From positions 2,176,001 through 2,240,000 of the forward strand of contig OZ219866.1 of assembly GCA_964291675.2 (NCBI GenBank): 64,000 nucleotides of DNA, given 5' to 3'. The translations under genes were made by a program, and so were the position numbers. Source of the DNA: Alphaproteobacteria bacterium (lineage in GTDB: Bacteria; Pseudomonadota; Alphaproteobacteria; MPNO01). Every line of letters starts with the position of its first letter. Positions within the stretch are counted from its first letter, which is position 1. The notes beneath the pieces were generated by a model. It did not search any database. It was not told where the DNA came from and worked only from the letters and a program-made list of their open reading frames with translations. Positions 57,792 through 64,000 of this stretch are shown piece by piece.

Positions 57792-58043
57792 ATGTCTCAG
57801 ACGAAGACCGTCAGCACTGCGGTTGTCGCCTCGCTGTTGATTGCTTTCGCATCAGCCATTCGAGAAGTCGATTCCCTTCAAGAAGCAGGCTATCAAGAGA
57901 AATTGCTGCAGTCCCTCGATCGCCACCTCGCGCCCCTGCTCGCCGAGGATTCTCCGCTGCCGGAGACTGACAGGAGGAACCTTGAGACGCTTCGGACGGC
58001 GTTCGAGAAATATCTTGAGAGCCCGCTCTTGTGGTCTCACTAG
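57792..58043 (+). CDS. Hypothetical 83-aa protein
   Basis: ATG start, helical composition, lower-GC codon usage; no family recognised. Confidence 0.5.
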   Translation: MSQTKTVSTAVVASLLIAFASAIREVDSLQEAGYQEKLLQSLDRHLAPLLAEDSPLPETDRRNLETLRTAFEKYLESPLLWSH

Positions 58044-58586
58044 CGCTTGACATCGGAGGTGCCCCGATCGGCGATGATTTGTACCTTATGCCGGATGCGC
58101 CGGCAGGGCCGTCAAGTCAAGTATGTGAGTGCAAAATGGGACGGTGTCATGCCGCTTCGGCGAGACCGCCTTGTAGTGCCGACTTGTAGTACGCGCTTGC
58201 AGTTAATGGATCGACAACACTGCACACGCCAGCATTGCATTTGCCGAATTCGCGAGAGCGGAGCGGGAAGAGAGCCACGACCGCATGACATCGGAGGGGA
58301 TCGCAATGCGTGACGGGGCGTTGCGGGCTTCAACGCTCTCCGAGCGCTCTGCCGGTCCCGATCACCAAGATGCCGACGGCGAGAACCGACGGACAGGAAC
58401 GCCCGCGCCCCGGCAAGAGACGCGCCGCCCGGGTCGGGTCTTCCGGGTCGGGATGGGCGTGCGGCGCGAAGCGGATGCGACCGGCTCCGCCGTCCGGGGA
58501 TCGCGGAGGCTCCGGTCCGCACTGGCGCCGGCGGCGCAACCGTGTCAAAACGCCCGGACAAACGCAGAAATCCGGGAGGATTCTCC

Positions 58587-59663
58587 ATGTTACAGCGTCT
58601 TCTGGCGGTCCTGGCTGCCGTCGTCCTTGTCTGGTCGGGCGGCTTCGCGAAGGCCGCGGACTATTTCGACGGCAAGACCATCACCGTCCTCAGCCCGGTA
58701 CCGGGCGGCAGCGGGCTCGACCGGCTGACGCGCGCCTTCGTCAGGCACTGGCCGAAGCATATCCCGGGCGAGCCGAAGGTGATCGTCAAGAACATGCCCG
58801 GCGCGGGCGGCGCCAAGGCGCTGAACTTCCTGCAGGAACGCGCCCGGCCCGACGGGTTGACGCTGTATCTGGGTCCCTGGGCCGCGCCCGGCATCATCGC
58901 CGGCGACCCGGCGCTGCGCTACGTGCCGGAAGAGCTGGTGATGATCGGCGCCGGCGGTCTCGACCGGGTCACGCTGATGCGCACCGACGTCGCGCCGGGA
59001 ATCAAGAAGCCGGCCGACGTGATGAAGGTGAAATCGTTCAATGTCGGCGGGCGCCGCCCCGACCAGATGCTGGACTTTTTGGGCAACCTCTCGATGGAGA
59101 TGATCGGCGCCAACTATCGCTTCATCGGCGGCTATCGCGGCATGGCCAAGATCCGCCCGGCCTTCATGTCCAACGAGGTGCAGGCCGCCAATAGCGGCAG
59201 CATCGGCTACTACATATTCTTCAAGGACACCATGCTGAAGGACGGCTCGGCGATCGCGCTGTGGTCGCACCCGAACTTCGACGAGGACGGGAATATCGTC
59301 AAGGCGACATCCTTCCCCGGCGTGCCGAGCTTCGAGGAGGTCTACAAGGAGGTGCACGGGAAAATGCCGGGCGGCCCGCTGTGGAAGACCTACAAGTGGT
59401 ACTCCATGGCGCTCAGCAACGCGACCATGACCGTGTTCGCCGCGCCGAAGACGCCCGGGGAAGCCGCCGATATCCTGCGCGCGGCCTACCAGGCGGCGGC
59501 GAAGGACCCGGCCTATGTCGGCCCGGAAACCAAGCGCCTGGGCGGCACGGGGGTCAACTTCGTCAGCACCGAGGACGCGCTAAAAATCCAGTCGACTTAC
59601 CGCAACGTCGACGACGAAATCCTGGCGACGCTGAAGAGGGTGAGCAGGATCGGGCAGAACTGA
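58587..59663 (+). CDS. Tripartite tricarboxylate transporter substrate-binding protein (Bug/TctC)
   Basis: RBS GGAGG; signal peptide; PGGSGLD, HIPG.P, NMPGAGG, PDGLT; start ATG 58587. Confidence 0.88.
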   Translation: MLQRLLAVLAAVVLVWSGGFAKAADYFDGKTITVLSPVPGGSGLDRLTRAFVRHWPKHIPGEPKVIVKNMPGAGGAKALNFLQERARPDGLTLYLGPWAAPGIIAGDPALRYVPEELVMIGAGGLDRVTLMRTDVAPGIKKPADVMKVKSFNVGGRRPDQMLDFLGNLSMEMIGANYRFIGGYRGMAKIRPAFMSNEVQAANSGSIGYYIFFKDTMLKDGSAIALWSHPNFDEDGNIVKATSFPGVPSFEEVYKEVHGKMPGGPLWKTYKWYSMALSNATMTVFAAPKTPGEAADILRAAYQAAAKDPAYVGPETKRLGGTGVNFVSTEDALKIQSTYRNVDDEILATLKRVSRIGQN

Positions 59664-59689
59664 GGGACGTATTCCGGGTGCCGGAGACC

Positions 59690-59712
59690 GGCGGGGCCCG
59701 CGCGGCCCCGCC
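59690..59712. terminator. Hairpin between convergent tctC and tctA
   Basis: GGCGGGGCC...GGCCCCGCC 9-bp stem. Confidence 0.5.
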
Positions 59713-59730
59713 TTCGTCTCTGGAGGGGGG

Positions 59731-61710
59731 TCAGCCGAACAGCAGCGGCTGGTGCCAGAAGACGTTCATCACCCTGCCGTAGAAGAGGTAGAGAAACGCC
59801 CAGCCGGCGGCCGCGTAGCCGAGAGACACGGTCCACCCGTACCCGCCCCAGCGCCGCAGATAGGCCGCGACGAACAGCGGCAACGCCACCATCTGGCCGA
59901 ACAGGTAGCCGATTGCGAGCAGGGCGGTCAGGTAGCCGAAGAAAACGCACGCCCTCCCCAGCACCGCGTTCTCGGTATCGACCGCGGCCACGACCCGAAA
60001 GCCCCCGGCCTTTGCCGCCGCCTCGCGCAACGCCCGGCCCTCGATGCACAGAACGGCGAGCGACAGCGCCGCTGCCGGAATGGCCGCCGTCAGCGGAAAC
60101 TGGCGCACCATGGCGGGCCAGGCGAGCGACTCGATTGCGGCCCAGACGAACAGCGCCGTCATCGCCGCAGCCAGCGGGACCGAGACGGTGAGATTGCGTT
60201 CCGTCCCCTCGCCGATGGCCGGCCCGTCCGGCCGGCGCCTCGATGTCGCGTATCGGTAGGCGGACAACGCCAGCGTCAGCACCACCAGGGCGGCGATCAC
60301 CAGGACGATCGGCCGGCCGAGCCAGCCCGGGCCCGCATACACCCGCATGCTGATGTGGAACGCGTTTTCGAGGATGGGCCCGAGGATCAGGGCGAGCACC
60401 AGCGGCGGCCGGGGCCAGCCGCCGCGCTTCATGACGAAGCCGACAACCCCGAGCGCCAGGCAGGCCATCCAGTCGCCCATCGACGCCCCGCCGAGCCACG
60501 CCCCCATGAATACGAACAGGATCACCCCGGGGACGATCAGGTGGCCCCGGATGAAGGCGACCTTGGCGACCTGGTTGCTCCAGACCATCAGCAGCCCGGC
60601 GACCAGGATGTTGGCGATCACGATGGTCCAGATCATGCTGAAGGTGAGGTCGAGCTTGTCGGTCAGCATTTCCGGGCCGGGCTTGAGGCCCTGGATCAGC
60701 AGCGCCCCCATCAGGATGGCGGTGCCGAGGCTGCCCGGGATGCCGAACGCCACCATGGGCAACAGCGCGCCGCCCCGCGTGGCGTTGTTGGCGGCCTCCG
60801 GCGCGATCACGCCGCGGACGTCGCCGCGCCCGAACATCGATGCGTCCTTGGCCGACTGGACGGCGTGCCCGTAGGCGAACCAGTCGACCACCGCCGCGCC
60901 CAGCCCCGGCAGCATGCCGACATAGGTGCCGAGCGCGGCGCAGCGCAGCGTCAGCCACCAGTGCCGGAAGGCGTCCCTGATTCCCTCCAGCATGCCGCCG
61001 CCCTGGGTCTGCTCCCTGGGGATGCGGGCGATCGAGGAATCGCGGATCGCGAGCTCCATCAGCTCGGGAATCGCGAACAGGCCGAGCACCACCGGGATCA
61101 GCGGCAGCCCGTCGAGCAGATAGGTGGTTCCCATCCAGTAGCGCGGGATCGCCGCCATCTCGGCATAGCCGATCATCGATATCATCAGCCCGAGCAGGGC
61201 GACGATCAGCCCCTTGAGGATCGAGCCGCCGCTGAGCGAGCCCACCATGGCGAGGCCGAGGACCCCCAGCATCAGCAATTCGGGCGATCCGAAGGCGAGG
61301 ATGATGGGGAGCACCAGCGGGATCGACGCCGCCAGGATCAGCGCGCCGAACACCCCGCCGAAGGCGGAGACGGTGAACGCGGCGCCGAAGGCGCGGGCGG
61401 CCTTGCCCTGCTGCGCCATCGGGTAGCCGTCGAGGATCGTCGCCTGCGACGCGGCGGTGCCGGGAATCCCCAGCATCACCGAGGCGATGGTGTCGCTGGT
61501 CGAGGTGACCGCGAACATGCCGAGCAGCAGCGCGAAGGCGGAGACCGGGTCCATCCCGTAGGTGAAGGGCAGCAGGATCACCAGGCCGATGATGCCGCCG
61601 AGCCCGGGGACCGCGCCGAGCCAGATCCCGAGGAGCACGCCGAGCACCAGAAAACCGATCGCCGGCCACTGGAACACCAGCACGAGGCCGTCCAGCACGG
61701 CATCGATCAT
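59731..61710 (-). CDS. TctA-family permease fused to a C-terminal TctB-like domain
   Basis: GAVPGLGG, GIPGT, LDGYPMA, PEAANNA, GIPGS, PGP; about 160 extra hydrophobic residues at the C-terminus; start ATG 61710. Confidence 0.85.
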   Translation of the reverse strand: MIDAVLDGLVLVFQWPAIGFLVLGVLLGIWLGAVPGLGGIIGLVILLPFTYGMDPVSAFALLLGMFAVTSTSDTIASVMLGIPGTAASQATILDGYPMAQQGKAARAFGAAFTVSAFGGVFGALILAASIPLVLPIILAFGSPELLMLGVLGLAMVGSLSGGSILKGLIVALLGLMISMIGYAEMAAIPRYWMGTTYLLDGLPLIPVVLGLFAIPELMELAIRDSSIARIPREQTQGGGMLEGIRDAFRHWWLTLRCAALGTYVGMLPGLGAAVVDWFAYGHAVQSAKDASMFGRGDVRGVIAPEAANNATRGGALLPMVAFGIPGSLGTAILMGALLIQGLKPGPEMLTDKLDLTFSMIWTIVIANILVAGLLMVWSNQVAKVAFIRGHLIVPGVILFVFMGAWLGGASMGDWMACLALGVVGFVMKRGGWPRPPLVLALILGPILENAFHISMRVYAGPGWLGRPIVLVIAALVVLTLALSAYRYATSRRRPDGPAIGEGTERNLTVSVPLAAAMTALFVWAAIESLAWPAMVRQFPLTAAIPAAALSLAVLCIEGRALREAAAKAGGFRVVAAVDTENAVLGRACVFFGYLTALLAIGYLFGQMVALPLFVAAYLRRWGGYGWTVSLGYAAAGWAFLYLFYGRVMNVFWHQPLLFG

Positions 61711-61967
61711 CGCCCGGCCCCCGGTTCTCCGGGCGTGCCGGCCGGGTCGCGGCTCGGGACGTAACGCACCGAACCGGCCGCGCAAACCTCCCCGACCGCT
61801 TCGGAACGCAGGATGCGGTTAGCCATGTCCGCATGATAACCGCCGACGCAGAGGCTGCGCGCCCCTTCGACCGTCATGCGATCCGCCTCATTAGTAAATT
61901 GACTTCATAGCGGCCGGGCGGACACTGTGACACGAGACCGGCCAACGCCGCGGGGGGAGGATCTGCC

Positions 61968-62903
61968 ATGCCAAGGGCCGTCGATCTGTCGCATGTCGTT
62001 TATCGGGTCGCCGACCTGGACTCGATGGAGACGTTCATGAACGACTTCGGGTTGGCCACGGCGCAAAAATCGCGCGACGCGCTCTTCCTGCGGACGGCGG
62101 GGCCCGCGCCCTACGTCCATGTCAGCCTTCCGGGCGAGGAGAACCGCTTCGTCGGCGCCGGCTTCAGGATGCAGTCGCGGGCCGATCTGGACACCCTCGC
62201 CGGGCTCCCCGGCTCTTCGCCCGTCGAACCCATAGAGGACGCGCCGGGCGGCGGCTGGCGGGTTCGCATGACGGCCCCGGACGGTTTTCTGATCGACGCG
62301 GTATGGGGGCAGGAAGAGGCGGAAATCCTGCCGCATCGGCCGCCCAACCCGTTCAACTGGGGCGAGCGCAAGGAGCGGGTGAACCGGTTCCTCAGGCCGA
62401 AGCGGGAGCCGGGGACGGCTCTGCGCCTGGGGCACTTCGTCCTTGCCGCGAGCGACCACGACGCCATGCTGGACTGGCTGTGCGAGCGCTTCGGTCTGCT
62501 CACCTCCGACGTGATGTGCACCCCGGACGACGAGTCCCGGGTCATCGGCACCTTCATGCGGCTCGACCGCGGCGACGAGCCGGTCGACCATCACTGCATT
62601 CTCATCACCCAGGCCGGAACGGTCGGGGTGCACCATTGCAGCTTCGAGATGCAGGACATCGATTCGGTGATGGGGGCGCACGACTACCTCAAATCGAGAG
62701 GCTACGAGCACGATTGCGGCGTCGGCCGCCACCTCATCGGCAGTCAGATCTTCGACTACTGGCGGGACCCGTTCGGCTTCCGCGTCGAGCACTACACCGA
62801 CGGCGATGTCGGCAACGCGGATTACGAGACCGTCCGCTACGCCGTGTCGATCGAGGACACGACGCAATGGGGCATGGATCCGACGCCCGACTTCTTCGAC
62901 TGA
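61968..62903 (+). CDS. VOC-family extradiol dioxygenase (trihydroxytoluene oxygenase-like)
   Basis: LGHFVL, HHCSFE, GVGRHLIGSQIFDYWRDP.G..VEHYTDGD; RBS GGAGG. Confidence 0.82.
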   Translation: MPRAVDLSHVVYRVADLDSMETFMNDFGLATAQKSRDALFLRTAGPAPYVHVSLPGEENRFVGAGFRMQSRADLDTLAGLPGSSPVEPIEDAPGGGWRVRMTAPDGFLIDAVWGQEEAEILPHRPPNPFNWGERKERVNRFLRPKREPGTALRLGHFVLAASDHDAMLDWLCERFGLLTSDVMCTPDDESRVIGTFMRLDRGDEPVDHHCILITQAGTVGVHHCSFEMQDIDSVMGAHDYLKSRGYEHDCGVGRHLIGSQIFDYWRDPFGFRVEHYTDGDVGNADYETVRYAVSIEDTTQWGMDPTPDFFD

Positions 62904-62940
62904 CGATCCGCCCCGCCCAACCGGCACCGAGGTCCGCACA

Positions 62941-63354
62941 ATGGCAGACAAGATCGAACGATTCGTGTCCCCGAAGGTCGCGGAGTACCCGCCCGGGCAC
63001 TGGTCCAACTGCCTTCGCGTCGGCGACCACATCTGGCTGTCGGGCTTCACGGCGAGAGACGCCGACCTGAAGACGATCGGCGGCAAGGGCAGCGCCTACG
63101 AACAGGCGAGAATCGTCTTCGCCAAGGTGAAGGACTGTCTCGAAGGGGCGGGAGCTTCGATGGGGGATGTGGTCAACATGACGATCTACCTGACCGACAT
63201 CGCCGACAACCGGGAGGTCTGGCGCGCGCGCCGGGAGTTCTTCACGGGCGACTTCCCGTGCTCCACCCTGGTCGAGGTATCGGCGCTGGCCGATCCCGAC
63301 ATCCTGGTCGAGATCACCTGCCAGGCGATGGCGGGGAGCGGCCATGACCGATAG
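62941..63354 (+). CDS. RidA/YjgF-family protein
   Basis: From ATG 62941; YEQA..VF, VV..TIYLTD, RREFF, PCSTLVEVSAL, VEI. Confidence 0.85.
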   Translation: MADKIERFVSPKVAEYPPGHWSNCLRVGDHIWLSGFTARDADLKTIGGKGSAYEQARIVFAKVKDCLEGAGASMGDVVNMTIYLTDIADNREVWRARREFFTGDFPCSTLVEVSALADPDILVEITCQAMAGSGHDR

Positions 63355-64000
63355 CGCCGCGGTTCCCCTCACCGGGAAGGAATATCTCGACAGCCTCGAC
63401 GACGGCAGGGAAGTCTGGATCTACGGCGAGCGCGTCGCGCGGATCGCCGAGCATCCCGCGTTCCGCAACGCCGCCCGCATGGTCGCCCGGCTCTACGATG
63501 CGCTGCACGATCCCGAGCGCCAGCACATCCTCACCGAGCCGACCGAGTGGGGCGGCTTCACCCACCGGTTCTACCGCGCTCCCCACACGGTGGAGGACCA
63601 GGTCGCGCAGCGCGATGCGATCACCGAATGGCAACGCATCGCCTGGGGCTGGATGGGCCGCTCGCCCGACTACAAGGGCTCGTTTCTCGGCACGCTGGGC
63701 GCCAATGCCGGCTTCTATCGGGGCTTCGAGGAGAACGCCGCAAGGTGGTACCGCAAGGCGCAGGAACGCACCTGGTACATCAACCACGCCATCATGCACC
63801 CGCCCGTCGACCGTCACTTGCCGACGGCCGACGGATCGGACGTCTTCGTGCGGGTGGAGAAGGAGACCGATGCCGGGATCTACCTCAGCGGCGCGAAGGT
63901 GGTGGCGACCAACTCGGCGCTCACCCACTTCACCTTCGTTGCCCATATCGCGCAGGTGCCGATCGCCGATCCCGATTTCGGGCCGGTGTTCATGGTCCCC
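63344..64000 (+). CDS. Two-component flavin-dependent aromatic monooxygenase oxygenase subunit (HpaB/4-HPA 3-hydroxylase family); 3' end outside window
   Basis: Manual translation from ATG 63344: PLTGKEYLDSLDDGREVWIYGERV...HPAFRN, GWMGRSPDYK, NHAI..PPVDR, SGAKVVAT. Confidence 0.87.
   Translation, partial: MTDSAAVPLTGKEYLDSLDDGREVWIYGERVARIAEHPAFRNAARMVARLYDALHDPERQHILTEPTEWGGFTHRFYRAPHTVEDQVAQRDAITEWQRIAWGWMGRSPDYKGSFLGTLGANAGFYRGFEENAARWYRKAQERTWYINHAIMHPPVDRHLPTADGSDVFVRVEKETDAGIYLSGAKVVATNSALTHFTFVAHIAQVPIADPDFGPVFMVP

Overview
High-GC bacterial DNA, probably alphaproteobacterial (inferred from gene content and REP-like palindromes), almost entirely catabolic and transport genes. I saw no rRNA, tRNA or CRISPR array. 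1-30.8 kb is a methylated-amine island: tetrameric sarcosine oxidase/N-methylglutamate dehydrogenase-like soxBDA (running off the left edge), two GlxA-type AraC regulators, an atypical Amt with a small partner, a stand-alone FAD oxidoreductase, gmaS-mgsABC, a GntR/FadR regulator, TMAO demethylase (tdm) behind a LIV-type ABC importer, and trimethylamine monooxygenase (tmm). No recognisable dimethylamine-oxidising enzyme is in the window. Several unexplained genes sit inside the island, including a MOSC (mARC-like)/AzoR/ferredoxin-reductase trio downstream of tdm. 31-64 kb holds a Tat amidohydrolase/YtkA-like/di-heme cytochrome c trio and an IS110 element apparently inserted into a repeat, with an empty copy of that site about 190 bp downstream and a structured left end (bridge-RNA candidate). 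It also holds an orphan dimethylformamidase large subunit, a HyuB-type operon lacking HyuA, a short-spacer MsmAB-like Rieske oxygenase with a TRAP transporter, a MalT-like LuxR regulator, TctC and a TctA-TctB fusion, and the start of an aromatic hydroxylase/ring-cleavage operon. All calls come from reading motifs by eye; no database searches were run.
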